DNA from: Polaromonas sp.
GTDB lineage: Bacteria > Pseudomonadota > Gammaproteobacteria > Burkholderiales > Burkholderiaceae_C
Length of the DNA: 45,029 bases
Assembly (NCBI GenBank): GCA_031431575.1
Contig: JANPDQ010000019.1
Coordinates: 1 to 45,029, forward strand
Direction of reading: 5' to 3'
Shown here: positions 29,423-39,448 of the stretch, piece after piece
Numbering within the stretch: position 1 is the stretch's first letter
How the letters are laid out: each line of letters begins with the position of its first letter
Made by a program: the position numbers and the translations under genes
The notes under the pieces: generated by a model
Database searches by the model: none
What the model saw: only the letters and a program-made list of their open reading frames with translations
What the model was told of the DNA's origin: nothing

Positions 29423-30403
29423 TCAGATCCCGAAGTACCAGCGAACCGAATGAAAGAACACAGGTGCTGCAAAGCACAACGCATCCACCCGGTCCAGCAG
29501 GCCGCTGGCCCCAGTCACTGATTTGCCCTCACTGCCCCAATTGGTGATACCCCGGTCGCGTTTTAACGCTTTCATGACCAAATGCCCGAGCGAGCCGGCA
29601 ACGCAGGCAATCATGGCCATCGCCACTGCTTGAGCGGGCTTGAATGGTGTCAGCCCTGCCATCACTCCGCCCACCAAACTGGCCACCACCACCGCGATAA
29701 ACCAGCTGGTCCAGTTGAAACTCTTGCTGATGCCCGGTGCGCTTGGCGCTTTGCCAAGGCGCTTGCCTACGAGGTGCTGAACGATCATGCAGGTCTGCAC
29801 CACAAAGACTAAAAAGAAAACCAGAAAAGCATTTTTACCCTGGTAGCTTGGAAACTTGAGCAGCAGCAGGGCAGGCACATGGCTGATGCCATAAATACAT
29901 ACCATGATGCCCCACTGCAGCTTGGCGTTGCGCTCCAAAAAATGCCGCGTGTCACCCGCCAGCGCACCCACCACCGGGATAGCTAAAAAAACGTATACTG
30001 GAATAAACACCGTGACCAGATCAAAATGGCGCGTGATGACCAGTGCAAACTGCACAGGCAACACAATAAAAAAAGCGATGACCAGGCTGTTGTGGTCGCC
30101 CTGGCGGGTGGGCGAGAGTGTGATGAACTCACGCAGCGCGAAAAACGCGACGATGGCAAAAAGCACCGTGGCCATGGTTTCACCCAGCGTCCAGCCCACC
30201 CAGAACACGACCGACATTAGCCATGAGGTGCGTAGCAGGCCGTTGAAGTCCTTGATCTTCTGGCTGTTGGCGTCGTCTTCGGCGTTGTCTTTCATCGACA
30301 TGACAAAACCATAAATGCTGACCAGCACCAGCGCTCCAAATACAAATACAAACAGCAAGCCGACCTGCTGCGATGGCGTGAGGTTGCGCAGAAAACTCGT
30401 CAT
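29423..30403 (-). CDS. Phosphatidate cytidylyltransferase family protein (YnbB/CdsA-like)
   Basis: Multi-TM; ALREF, ALKRDRGI..WG, GLLDRVDAL motifs. Confidence 0.85.
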   Translation of the reverse strand: MTSFLRNLTPSQQVGLLFVFVFGALVLVSIYGFVMSMKDNAEDDANSQKIKDFNGLLRTSWLMSVVFWVGWTLGETMATVLFAIVAFFALREFITLSPTRQGDHNSLVIAFFIVLPVQFALVITRHFDLVTVFIPVYVFLAIPVVGALAGDTRHFLERNAKLQWGIMVCIYGISHVPALLLLKFPSYQGKNAFLVFFLVFVVQTCMIVQHLVGKRLGKAPSAPGISKSFNWTSWFIAVVVASLVGGVMAGLTPFKPAQAVAMAMIACVAGSLGHLVMKALKRDRGITNWGSEGKSVTGASGLLDRVDALCFAAPVFFHSVRWYFGI

Positions 30404-31014
30404 CAGGTTTCCCTGAGACTAAGTACCGCCAGCCGCGCGCGGGTTAGAAAATCACTGCGTTCTTCGTCCGCACCGAGCGCAATCGGAGTGCCAAAAGTCA
30501 CTGAACACAAAATCGGAACGGGCACAACTTCGCCTTTCGGCATCACGCGCTGCACATTGTTGATCCAGGCCGGCACCAGCACCACATTCGGGAATTTTTG
30601 CGCCAGGTTGTACAAGCCCGACTTGAATTTTTGCGGCTCTTCCTGGTTGCCGCGCGTGCCCTCAGGAAACAAAATCACCGAGTCACCGCTTTGTAGTGCG
30701 TCGATCAAAGGCTCGAGCGGATCCTGCTCGCCAGTTTTTGCCCGGTCAACATAAATCGCGTTGAAAACGGCAGTGGTAATCCATTTTTTAAACGGCGTTT
30801 TGGTCCAGTAGTCTTTTGCCGCGATTGGCCGCGTGATGCTTCTCAGTTCTTCTGGCAGTGCTGCCCACATCAACACCAGGTCGGCATGGCTTTGGTGGTT
30901 TGCAAAGTAGATTCGCTGCTCTGCCTTTGGGGGGCAACCCTGCCAGCGGGCTTGCGCGCCCGTCAGGATGCGGATCAGCCCAAGCAAAAACAGCCCCATC
31001 AGCTTTGCTCGCAT
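30403..31014 (-). CDS. Lysophospholipid (PlsC-like) acyltransferase
   Basis: NHQSHAD (HX4D), FPEGTR; start at ATG 31014 (track ORF over-extended). Confidence 0.9.
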   Translation of the reverse strand: MRAKLMGLFLLGLIRILTGAQARWQGCPPKAEQRIYFANHQSHADLVLMWAALPEELRSITRPIAAKDYWTKTPFKKWITTAVFNAIYVDRAKTGEQDPLEPLIDALQSGDSVILFPEGTRGNQEEPQKFKSGLYNLAQKFPNVVLVPAWINNVQRVMPKGEVVPVPILCSVTFGTPIALGADEERSDFLTRARLAVLSLRET

Positions 31015-31018
31015 GTTA

Positions 31019-31091
31019 GCCCCCACGCTTGTCGCTGTGCGTACGAAGCTGGACTGAACGCCAGTGCGATTTTTTTGGGGGCGGCCTGTCG
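31019..31091 (+). repeat. Repeat family B copy 3 (mtgA/acyltransferase spacer)
   Basis: GCCCCCACGCTTGTCGCTGTGCGTAC...GGGGCGGCCTGTCG. Confidence 0.75.
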
Positions 31092-31096
31092 AAAAA

Positions 31097-31849
31097 TCAC
31101 GGAATCTCCACTCCGCCCATGCGCGCAGCGATGGTGCTGGCGCGTGAAGACAAGTAGCCTGAATTGGGCCGCGTTTCAAAGTACTTGGGCCGCGGCAGCA
31201 TGACCGCCAGGCGAGCTGCTTCGTAGGCGCTGAGTTTGGAAGCAGGCTTTCGGTAGTAGTACTGCGCCGCTGCCTCTGCGCCAAAAACGCCTTCGCCCCA
31301 TTCAACATTGTTCAGGTAAATCTCCAAGATGCGCTGCTTGCTTAAAAGCTGCTCCAGCAGCAGCGTAAGCACCAGTTCCTGGCCTTTGCGCAGCAGTGTG
31401 CGTTCACCTGACAGAAACAGGTTTTTTGCCAACTGTTGAGTGATGGTGGAGCCGCCGATGATTTTTGGCGGCTTTACATTTACTTTATTGCCGGGCGGTT
31501 TGTTTGCCGACTGTTGCAAGCGTTGCTCGGCCCGCGCATCGGCTTTGGCATTTTTTTCCCAAGCCTTTTCCAGCGCCTCAACGTCCACGCCTTCATGCGT
31601 ATTGAAGCTGGCATCTTCAGATGCAATCACGGCCTTTTTGAGGTTGTCCGAAATTTCGTTGTAGGGTGTCCACTGCTGCCGCCACTTCAGGCTGCCGGTA
31701 CTTGTGGCTACGCTGTAAACCGCAGAGCGTTCAAACGTTGTGGATTCAGGATTTACAACCGCCATCAAAGCAATGCGTGCCACGAAGTACAGTTGCAAAG
31801 CGATGCCCGCCAGCAGCGCCAACACGGCCAATCGCAGCAAACCTTTCAT
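31097..31849 (-). CDS. mtgA: Monofunctional biosynthetic peptidoglycan transglycosylase
   Basis: ASED..F..HEGVD, GGSTITQQLAKNLFL, RKGQE, YLNNVEWG. Confidence 0.95.
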   Translation of the reverse strand: MKGLLRLAVLALLAGIALQLYFVARIALMAVVNPESTTFERSAVYSVATSTGSLKWRQQWTPYNEISDNLKKAVIASEDASFNTHEGVDVEALEKAWEKNAKADARAEQRLQQSANKPPGNKVNVKPPKIIGGSTITQQLAKNLFLSGERTLLRKGQELVLTLLLEQLLSKQRILEIYLNNVEWGEGVFGAEAAAQYYYRKPASKLSAYEAARLAVMLPRPKYFETRPNSGYLSSRASTIAARMGGVEIP

Positions 31850-31859
31850 GGTGCGGCGG

Positions 31860-32708
31860 TCATCGTTCGGTCAGCTTGGTTTCAAGCGTCTCGTCCCGAG
31901 TGAATTTAAAGCGCGAAACCACCACAATCTGGTCTGCTTTGCGGCGCATGGCATCGCTGAATTTTTCAAAAGGGCCGGTGCCTTTTACAATCGTTTGAGC
32001 CCGGCGGTCGAGCGTCAGGTTGCCCGAGGTTTCCACCACTTCGGTGGCCAAAATGCGGCCATCAAAGTTCACAGTCACGATCATGGTCAGCTCGCCGTAC
32101 AGTTTTTTACCAGCCAGTTCGGGAAAGTTGGTGGTGCCCTTGTCTTCAATTTTGCGGCGCAGGCTGTCGTAGTAAATCGCGTACACCTCCTCACGCGTTG
32201 CGGGGCTGATGTAACGTTTTTTGGGGCGCGCATTTTCTTCATTAATGCGTTTTTCAATTTCCGCCAAGATTTTGATAAGTTGCTTGCGTTTTTCTTCGCG
32301 TTCAGACTGCACTGGGTCGTTGGTGGGCAACTTTGGATCGGGCGGCGGCATGGTCGCCAGCTCTTTTTTAATCTGCGCCAACAGCTGGGTTTGTTGCTCT
32401 TGCATGGACTCAACTTTGCGCTGCGCTTCTTCAGCCGCGTCGCCCAGGTTGGTGAAGGCCGATGGCGGTAGCGGCGACGTGGCCCGGCCCTTTTCCGTAT
32501 CGCCACCGCCCGCTAGTGAAGTTTGCGCAATGGCTTTTGCCACGTCCGGCTTTTCGTTGGATTTGGCGTTCACCAAAATCACTTCCAGCGGCGTGTCTTT
32601 AAAAACGCGGTCAAAACGCTCAGGATCGATAAAGCGTGTTGTCAGCACCACCACGTGCAACGTAGCAGACGCCAACAGGGCAATTTGAAGAGTGCTGAGT
32701 GATTTCAC
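31860..32708 (-). CDS. TonB C-terminal domain protein
   Basis: N-terminal TM with S....LH motif, Pro-rich linker, SGNLTLDRRA TonB_C signature. Confidence 0.8.
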   Translation of the reverse strand: MKSLSTLQIALLASATLHVVVLTTRFIDPERFDRVFKDTPLEVILVNAKSNEKPDVAKAIAQTSLAGGGDTEKGRATSPLPPSAFTNLGDAAEEAQRKVESMQEQQTQLLAQIKKELATMPPPDPKLPTNDPVQSEREEKRKQLIKILAEIEKRINEENARPKKRYISPATREEVYAIYYDSLRRKIEDKGTTNFPELAGKKLYGELTMIVTVNFDGRILATEVVETSGNLTLDRRAQTIVKGTGPFEKFSDAMRRKADQIVVVSRFKFTRDETLETKLTER

Positions 32709-32737
32709 TGAATCGGATTATCAGAGAGAAACCGCGC

Positions 32738-34813
32738 CTAAACTGGACTGGCGCCAGCCGTTTGTTCCTCTTCAGGCGCATCGCTTACATCCACAGCAAT
32801 CGCAATTGGGCCCGCTGGTGCATCGTCTTCATCTTCTGCATCGCCGTTGCCTTCACTGTCTGGGGCGGCCGCGCGATCGCCCAAGTCCAGCCGCTCAATG
32901 ACAGCGCCTGTAATGTCGAGCGTGATCTCATCAATCTCGCCCAGCTTCACGCGTACTTTGGCGCCACGCGGCAGGCCAAGCGCACCGCTCGCTGGCAGCA
33001 CCAGTGGCAGGTCGTCGGCACGCACCAAATGGTCTTTGAAGGCCGTTGCGGTGATCTCGGTGATGCCGTTTTGTTGCAGGTATTTCAGCGTCCAATAACG
33101 CTCGATGCCATTTTGGTAGGCGTTGTAGGCGCTGTAGGCGGCATCAAACCCGGAAATGATCGAGAACAGCTCCGCGTCTTTGGGCTTAAACGGCGCTGCC
33201 AACGCCGCGGTACGGCCGTGTTTGACGCACGCAATGATTTGCCACTGGTTGACCAAATCTGTGTAGCGGCGCAGCGGGGAGGTGGACCACGCGTAACTTT
33301 TTACCCCCAGCCCGGCGTGCGGCAACGCCTTGGTACCCATGCGCGCTTTCACGCCTGGTGCCAGGCTGGCCTGGCTGCGGTAAATACCCGGCACGCCATG
33401 CTCCGACAACCAGTTGCCCCAAGTGCTGTTGGCCAAAATCATGGCTTCGGCCACGATCAAATCGAGTGGCGCACCGCGTTGGCGCGTGGTGATGGTGACC
33501 TGCTCGCTGCCCACTGGCTCCTGTCCGCTGGGGTTGTCGAGTTTAAAGTTGTAGTCCGGACGGTTGAAGTTTTCGGGCTTGCCGCGTGCAACTTCCCGCT
33601 CGGCTTTCAGGTGCCTGGCCAGTCTATACAAGAAAATAAGCTCTTCAGACCAATCAATATGGGCGCTAGCAGCTATTGAATCGGTAGCGCTGAAAAACGC
33701 TTCAGTAAACGTAGCATCCAACACATCGTGGCGCAGGTTGGCAGCAATGGGCACCAGCTCCAGACGGGTATGCGATTCAGTGATGGCCAGCGTGGCTTCA
33801 TCTAGCGTGATGTAGAGCGACACGGAAGGGCAGTTACGGCCTTCCTGCAGCGTGTAGTTTTGTACCACCGCATCGGGCAACATCGTGAGTTTGTAGCCCG
33901 GCATGTACACCGTAGACAAGCGCGCGCGGCCAAGCTGGTCGATGGGGCTGGCGGGCAACACAGCCAGGCCTGGTGCGGCGATGTGAATACCCATTGTGAT
34001 GGTGCCGCTGCCGAGCCCCGTGACTGAAAGCGCATCGTCAATTTCAGTGGTGGCAGAGTCGTCAATTGAAAACGCTTTGACGTTGGCCAACGGGAGATTT
34101 TCGGTGTGTCGCGGCGCAGTTAGCTCAGGAAAACCGGTGCCCTTCGGAAAGTTCTCGAACAAAAAACGTTTGTAATGAAACAGGTACGGCGAAGCGATAG
34201 CTCCCGCGCGCTGCAACAAATCAAGCGGTGCGGTGTGGGTGGACTTGGCGGCCTCAACCACCGCCTTGTATTCACTGGTATTTTTATCGGGTTTGAATAA
34301 AATTTTGTAGAGCTGTTCGCGAATTGGCTCAGGGCAGGTGCCCGCCGCCAGCTCGGTGGCCCAGGCAGTAATTTGCAAGGCGGTCTGCTTCCTCTTTTCG
34401 ATGGCTGCCAGCGCAAGCTGAAGAATCTCGAGTGGAGCTTTTTTAAACTTGCCCCGGCCAGCGCGCCTGAAGTAGTGCGGCGCGTCAAACAGCTTGAAAA
34501 GCGCTGCGCACTGTTGCTCCAGCGTTGCAGGTTTTGCCGGATCAGCGCTGAAGTAATCTCGTGCCAAATCAGCAAAACCAAACTCTTCTTCACTGGCGAA
34601 CTCCCATGCCAGCTCCAGGTCTATGTCCTCGCTCAGTTTTTGTGCGGCAGCGATCAGCTCAGCCGGCGCGGGCTTTTCAAACTTGACCAATGCGTTCGCG
34701 GCTTTGACCTTGACGCGCTTACCTGAGTCAAGCTCCACCTGCAGCGAGCTGTCAGCCTCTGCCAAAATACGACCGGCCAAGTGCTTTCCGGCTTCTTCAA
34801 ACAATACAAACAA
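32738..34813 (-). CDS. rnb: RNB-domain 3'-5' exoribonuclease (RNase II family)
   Basis: SIDDSATTEIDDALS, HIAAP, EAMILAN, TSPLRRYTDL; TTG start. Confidence 0.88.
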   Translation of the reverse strand: MFVLFEEAGKHLAGRILAEADSSLQVELDSGKRVKVKAANALVKFEKPAPAELIAAAQKLSEDIDLELAWEFASEEEFGFADLARDYFSADPAKPATLEQQCAALFKLFDAPHYFRRAGRGKFKKAPLEILQLALAAIEKRKQTALQITAWATELAAGTCPEPIREQLYKILFKPDKNTSEYKAVVEAAKSTHTAPLDLLQRAGAIASPYLFHYKRFLFENFPKGTGFPELTAPRHTENLPLANVKAFSIDDSATTEIDDALSVTGLGSGTITMGIHIAAPGLAVLPASPIDQLGRARLSTVYMPGYKLTMLPDAVVQNYTLQEGRNCPSVSLYITLDEATLAITESHTRLELVPIAANLRHDVLDATFTEAFFSATDSIAASAHIDWSEELIFLYRLARHLKAEREVARGKPENFNRPDYNFKLDNPSGQEPVGSEQVTITTRQRGAPLDLIVAEAMILANSTWGNWLSEHGVPGIYRSQASLAPGVKARMGTKALPHAGLGVKSYAWSTSPLRRYTDLVNQWQIIACVKHGRTAALAAPFKPKDAELFSIISGFDAAYSAYNAYQNGIERYWTLKYLQQNGITEITATAFKDHLVRADDLPLVLPASGALGLPRGAKVRVKLGEIDEITLDITGAVIERLDLGDRAAAPDSEGNGDAEDEDDAPAGPIAIAVDVSDAPEEEQTAGASPV
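33626..33689 (-). repeat. Motif family A copy 6 (inside rnb)
   Basis: Reverse complement CGCTA-CCGATTCAA-TAGC-TGCTAGCGCCCATATTGATTGG-TCTG...; third box degenerate. Confidence 0.75.
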
Positions 34814-34905
34814 AACGCAACCCCTAAATATGTTGGCACCAGTGTAATCAGCGGCTGTGTTTTATTCGCGTAAAAAAGGTTAGGCAAGCTCGCTGATAAT
34901 TGCGG

Positions 34906-36060
34906 ATGGCTGCCGTATTTGACAAACCCTCTCTTTTAAAGCGCGCGACGCCGTTTGTTAGCGGCTTCGATGGCTTGCTGGCCTTTGCCGTGTTTATGCT
35001 GGCGTGCGCTGGCTTGCTCATCATGTACTCGTCCGGGTTTGACCACGGAAGCCGTTTTGTGGACCATGGCCGCAACATGCTGATTGCGGGATTCATCATG
35101 TTTGTGGTGGCGCAAATCTCGCCTCAGCGTTTGATGTCGCTGGCCGTGCCTTTGTACGTCATTGGCGTGGGGCTTTTGATTGCCGTGGCGATTTTCGGCA
35201 TTACAAAAAAGGGAGCACGCCGATGGCTGAACGTAGGCGTGGTGATCCAGCCAAGCGAGATTTTAAAAATTGCCATGCCCTTAATGCTGGCCTGGTGGTT
35301 TCAAAAGCGTGAAGGCCAGTTGCGACCGCTTGATTTTCTGGTCGCTGGAGCGCTTTTGGTCGTGCCAGTGGGGTTGATCATGAAGCAGCCCGACTTGGGG
35401 ACTTCGCTTTTGGTGCTGGCTGCGGGTTTGGCGGTGATCTTTTTTGCGGGTTTGAGCTGGAAGCTGATAGCGCCACCTGTGCTGCTCGGGCTAGTCGGCA
35501 TGGCTTTGCTGGTGTGGTTTGAACCCCAGCTGTGCGCCGACGGTATGCGCTGGCCAGTGCTGCACGACTACCAGCAGCAACGTATTTGCACACTGCTGGA
35601 CCCGTCCCGAGACCCTTTGGGCAAGGGCTTTCACATTATTCAGGGCATGATTGCCATCGGCTCGGGGGGGCTGTTTGGCAAGGGTTTTATGGCCGGCACC
35701 CAGACGCACCTTGAATTCATTCCCGAACGCACGACCGACTTTATTTTTGCGGCTTTTTCTGAAGAGTTTGGCCTGGTGGGCAATTTGCTGCTGATCGTCG
35801 CGTTTATTTTCCTGATTCTTCGCGGCTTGGCCATCGCGATGGACGCGCCCACGCTTTTTTCCAGGCTGCTGGCCAGCGCCCTGACTATGATTTTCTTCAC
35901 CTATGCCTTTGTAAACATGGGTATGGTCAGCGGCATCTTGCCGGTCGTTGGCGTGCCCTTGCCGTTCATCAGCTATGGCGGCACCGCAATGGTGACGCTG
36001 GGGCTGGCGGTCGGCATGTTGATGTCGATTGCCAAGGCGAAGCGGCTTGTGCAGACTTAA
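34906..36060 (+). CDS. rodA: Rod shape-determining SEDS protein RodA
   Basis: KGARRWL, QPSEILK, QPDLGT, FIPERTTDFIF, SYGGT. Confidence 0.93.
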   Translation: MAAVFDKPSLLKRATPFVSGFDGLLAFAVFMLACAGLLIMYSSGFDHGSRFVDHGRNMLIAGFIMFVVAQISPQRLMSLAVPLYVIGVGLLIAVAIFGITKKGARRWLNVGVVIQPSEILKIAMPLMLAWWFQKREGQLRPLDFLVAGALLVVPVGLIMKQPDLGTSLLVLAAGLAVIFFAGLSWKLIAPPVLLGLVGMALLVWFEPQLCADGMRWPVLHDYQQQRICTLLDPSRDPLGKGFHIIQGMIAIGSGGLFGKGFMAGTQTHLEFIPERTTDFIFAAFSEEFGLVGNLLLIVAFIFLILRGLAIAMDAPTLFSRLLASALTMIFFTYAFVNMGMVSGILPVVGVPLPFISYGGTAMVTLGLAVGMLMSIAKAKRLVQT

Positions 36061-36121
36061 TAGATAAAATGTGCCTCTAGCGCAACAAAAACGGGCGTAA
36101 GAAGCTATAAATTTAGTAGCA
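36058..36121 (-). repeat. Motif family A copy 7 (intergenic, abuts rodA stop)
   Basis: Reverse complement TGCTA-CTAAATTTA-TAGC-TTCTTACGCCCGTTTTTGTTGC-GCTA-GAGGCACATTTTATCTA. Confidence 0.88.
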
Positions 36122-36262
36122 ATAAAAAGCGTGTCCAATAATGTGTCCGTTTGTCTCGATGTCCTACACCAACATCATCTGCGCTTCATTACTGTTTCAT
36201 TTGTTGCACTTATCATGGCAGGAGGGCAATTGCTGCTGCCACACCAGAACCCCTTGACACTT

Positions 36263-37117
36263 ATGCCTACCCCGACCTCTGCGTCTACAAACTTAGTTGA
36301 ATTCAAAGACGTCTCGTTTTCATATGGTGGCGGGGCGGCTGATCGCCTCATTTTGGACAACGTCTCCTTGTCGGTGCCCCGCGGAAAAGTTACCGCCTTG
36401 ATGGGCGCGTCAGGAGGCGGCAAAACCACTGTGCTCCGCCTGATTGGCGGGCAGCAAAAACCCACCAGCGGCGCGGTGCTTTTTGACGGCCATGACGTCG
36501 GACACATGCGCCAAGCCGAGCTTTACCGGGCGCGTAGGCGCATGGGCATGCTGTTCCAGTTTGGTGCACTGTTTACAGATTTAAGTGTGTTCGACAACGT
36601 GGCTTTTCCCTTGCGGGAGCACACTGAGCTGGCAGCCGAGCTGATACGCGACATTGTGCTGATGAAGCTCAACGCAGTTGGGCTGCGCGGCGCACGGGAT
36701 CTAATGCCCAGTGAAATTTCTGGTGGTATGGCGCGCCGCGTCGCGCTAGCCCGTGCCATTGCGCTAGACCCGGAGCTCATCATGTACGACGAGCCGTTCG
36801 CTGGGCTAGACCCGATTTCGCTTGGCACGGCAGCCCAATTGATTCGCCAGCTTAATGACACGTTGGGAATCACCAGCATCGTGGTGTCACATGATCTGGA
36901 AGAAACTTTTCGTATCGCCGACAAAGTAATTATCTTGGCCAACGGCGGCATCGCCGCGCAGGGCACACCCGATGAAGTGCGGCATTCAAGCGACCCATTG
37001 GTGCACCAGTTTGTCAATGCATTAAGCGAGGGTCCGGTCAAATTTCACTACCCTGGGCTTGATGTCGCGGCGGATTTTGGCCCTGCGGCTAAAGCGGAAA
37101 AAAGAAATCACTCATGA
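36263..37117 (+). CDS. mlaF: Mla phospholipid ABC transporter ATPase
   Basis: GASGGGKT, ISGGMARR, YDEPFAGLD; start at ATG 36263 preferred. Confidence 0.92.
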   Translation: MPTPTSASTNLVEFKDVSFSYGGGAADRLILDNVSLSVPRGKVTALMGASGGGKTTVLRLIGGQQKPTSGAVLFDGHDVGHMRQAELYRARRRMGMLFQFGALFTDLSVFDNVAFPLREHTELAAELIRDIVLMKLNAVGLRGARDLMPSEISGGMARRVALARAIALDPELIMYDEPFAGLDPISLGTAAQLIRQLNDTLGITSIVVSHDLEETFRIADKVIILANGGIAAQGTPDEVRHSSDPLVHQFVNALSEGPVKFHYPGLDVAADFGPAAKAEKRNHS

Positions 37118-37917
37118 GCAGCAGCAAACCGGTCAGTAACGGTGGCGTGGTTGCCAATATTGGGTTTTCGGTGCGCCAGCAGCTAAGCCATTTGGGGCAC
37201 GCCGCACGCCTTTTTATCCGTTTGGTGGTTACCAGCGGCAGCGCGCTGGGCCGTTTTGGGTTGGTGCGTGACCAAATTTTGTTTTTAGGTAATTACTCGC
37301 TGGCGCTGATTGGTGTGTCTGGTTTGTTTGTGGGTTTTGTGTTGGGGCTGCAGGGCTATTACACGCTACAGCGCTTTGGCGCAGCCGATACCCTTGGCCT
37401 ACTTGTTACGCTGAGCCTGGTGCGTGAACTTGGCCCGGTGGTCACAGCGCTGCTTTTTGCGGGGCGAGCCGGAACGGCACTGACGGCAGAAATTGGCTTG
37501 ATGAAGGCTGGCGAGCAGTTGTCTGCTATGGAAATGATGGCGGTTGACCCGGTGCAGCGTATTTTGGCGCCCCGTTTTTGGGGCGGCATTATTGCAATGC
37601 CGTTGCTTGCAGCTGTGTTCAGTGCGGTCGGCGTGATGGGCGGCTGGTTTGTCGGCGTGGTGATGATCGGTGTTGATGCAGGGTCGTTCTGGAGCCAAAC
37701 GCAGTCAGGCGTTGATGTGTGGCGTGACGTAGGCAATGGCGTTATCAAAAGCTTCGTTTTCGGTGTCACGGTAACTTTTGTGGCACTGTACCAAGGGTTT
37801 GAGGCGCAGCCAACGCCGGAGGGTGTGTCGCGCGCAACCACCCGCACCGTGGTGGTTGCTTCGCTGGCCGTTCTGGGACTGGATTTTCTACTCACTACGC
37901 TGATGTTCAGCGTTTGA
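37114..37917 (+). CDS. mlaE: Mla permease
   Basis: RELGPVVTALLFAGRAG, AEIGLMKAGEQL. Confidence 0.95.
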   Translation: MSSSKPVSNGGVVANIGFSVRQQLSHLGHAARLFIRLVVTSGSALGRFGLVRDQILFLGNYSLALIGVSGLFVGFVLGLQGYYTLQRFGAADTLGLLVTLSLVRELGPVVTALLFAGRAGTALTAEIGLMKAGEQLSAMEMMAVDPVQRILAPRFWGGIIAMPLLAAVFSAVGVMGGWFVGVVMIGVDAGSFWSQTQSGVDVWRDVGNGVIKSFVFGVTVTFVALYQGFEAQPTPEGVSRATTRTVVVASLAVLGLDFLLTTLMFSV

Positions 37918-38014
37918 AATGCGCTCCGTGCCCAACTTGATCAGACATGCCAAAATGAAAACATCAAGTTTCTGTCTGCGCACAGCGTGCAACAGATTTT
38001 GAAAGACTGAAAAA

Positions 38015-38521
38015 ATGCAACGTTCAAAAAATGATTTCTGGGTAGGTTTGTTTGTGCTGATCGGCGCAGCGGCGGTTTTGTTTCTGGCGCTTAAATCTGC
38101 AAATCTGCTTTCACTGAATTTTGATACTGCGTACAAAGTAACAGCCAAATTCGACAACATTGGCGGCCTGAAGGCGCGAGCAGCTGTGAAAAGCGCGGGC
38201 GTGGTTATCGGGCGCGTCGAGAGTATTACATTCGATGACAAGTCTTATCAAGCCAGTGTTCATCTAGCAATGGAGAGCAAGTATGCATTTCCCAAAGACT
38301 CGTCCCTGAAGATATTGACCAGCGGTTTGCTGGGCGAGCAATACATTGGCGTCGAAGCTGGCGGCAGTGATAAAAACATGGCGGCCGGTGACGTGATCAA
38401 ACAAACCCAGTCGGCTGTAGTACTCGAAAACCTCATAAGCCAGTTTTTGTTCAGCAAAGCTGCCGACACGAAATCTCCAGAACCTTCGACTCCAGCGCCG
38501 CCAGCGGCAGACAAAAAATGA
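38015..38521 (+). CDS. mlaD: Mla MCE-domain protein
   Basis: FDNIGGLK, TSGLLGEQYI. Confidence 0.95.
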   Translation: MQRSKNDFWVGLFVLIGAAAVLFLALKSANLLSLNFDTAYKVTAKFDNIGGLKARAAVKSAGVVIGRVESITFDDKSYQASVHLAMESKYAFPKDSSLKILTSGLLGEQYIGVEAGGSDKNMAAGDVIKQTQSAVVLENLISQFLFSKAADTKSPEPSTPAPPAADKK

Positions 38522-39327
38522 ATTCTCTTGCCTTGAAACAAAACCGTGTTTGCATCGTTGCGATAGGCCTTTTGCTGGGTGTCCTGCAAGGCTGCGCCAG
38601 CGGGCCCAATGCGAATCCAGCCGATCCGCTTGAGCCGCTGAACCGAACAGTTTTTCAGTTCAATGACGGACTTGACCGCGCGATTTTCAAGCCTGTTGCC
38701 ACCGCTTACAAAAATGTGACTCCGGCGCCGGTACGCACTGGTGTGGGTAATTTCTTTGAAAACCTTTTGGACGTTCGCACGCTTATCAACAATGTTTTGC
38801 AGGCAAAGCCGCAAGACGCTGTTGAAACATTCTTGCGCTTAGGGGTGAATACTGTCTTCGGCCTGGGCGGGCTGCTGGACGTTGGCAGCGAAATGGACTT
38901 GGAACGCCATCCCCAGGACTTTGGCCAAACCCTTGGGGTCTGGGGAATTGGTTCTGGACCGTACATTGTGCTGCCCGTACTGGGCTCGTCTTCGGTCAGA
39001 GATGCAGTTGGCACTGTTATTGAGGGTAGCACCGACGTCGTCACCAACCTGAGTGATGTTCCAACCCGCAACTCGTTGACCGTATTGCGCGTGGTCGATC
39101 TTCGCGCCGGCTTTTTGCAGGCCAGTGAACTGCTGGATCTGGCATCCCTTGACAAATATGCTTTCGCCAGGGACGCTTATCTGCAGCGTAAGCGGGCTGG
39201 AATTGCAGGCAGGGGTGCGCCGTCAGCACTTGAAGAGCGCTTTGACCTGCCCGAAGGGAGTCAAAAAACGCCAGCAGGCTCGCCTCCGCGGACCAACCGT
39301 GCCAACCCTCGTGCTGTACCCAAATAA
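38518..39327 (+). CDS. mlaA: MlaA/VacJ outer-membrane lipoprotein
   Basis: Lipobox LQGC, DPLEPLNR, DFGQTLG.WG, GPYIVLP. Confidence 0.93.
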   Translation: MNSLALKQNRVCIVAIGLLLGVLQGCASGPNANPADPLEPLNRTVFQFNDGLDRAIFKPVATAYKNVTPAPVRTGVGNFFENLLDVRTLINNVLQAKPQDAVETFLRLGVNTVFGLGGLLDVGSEMDLERHPQDFGQTLGVWGIGSGPYIVLPVLGSSSVRDAVGTVIEGSTDVVTNLSDVPTRNSLTVLRVVDLRAGFLQASELLDLASLDKYAFARDAYLQRKRAGIAGRGAPSALEERFDLPEGSQKTPAGSPPRTNRANPRAVPK

Positions 39328-39448
39328 CACCAAACCGCTTGGTGTTTGCAGCTTGACACAACCCTTGTCCACCTGATTTGATCCGGTGCGTTGTATGTGC
39401 GCAAGGGATTTATTCCCAGTCACTTTTTCTTGAAAGACGAACATTTAT

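Noticed and set aside
32699-33679. 326-aa plus-strand ORF
   Set aside because: Antisense shadow of rnb with no recognisable motifs.
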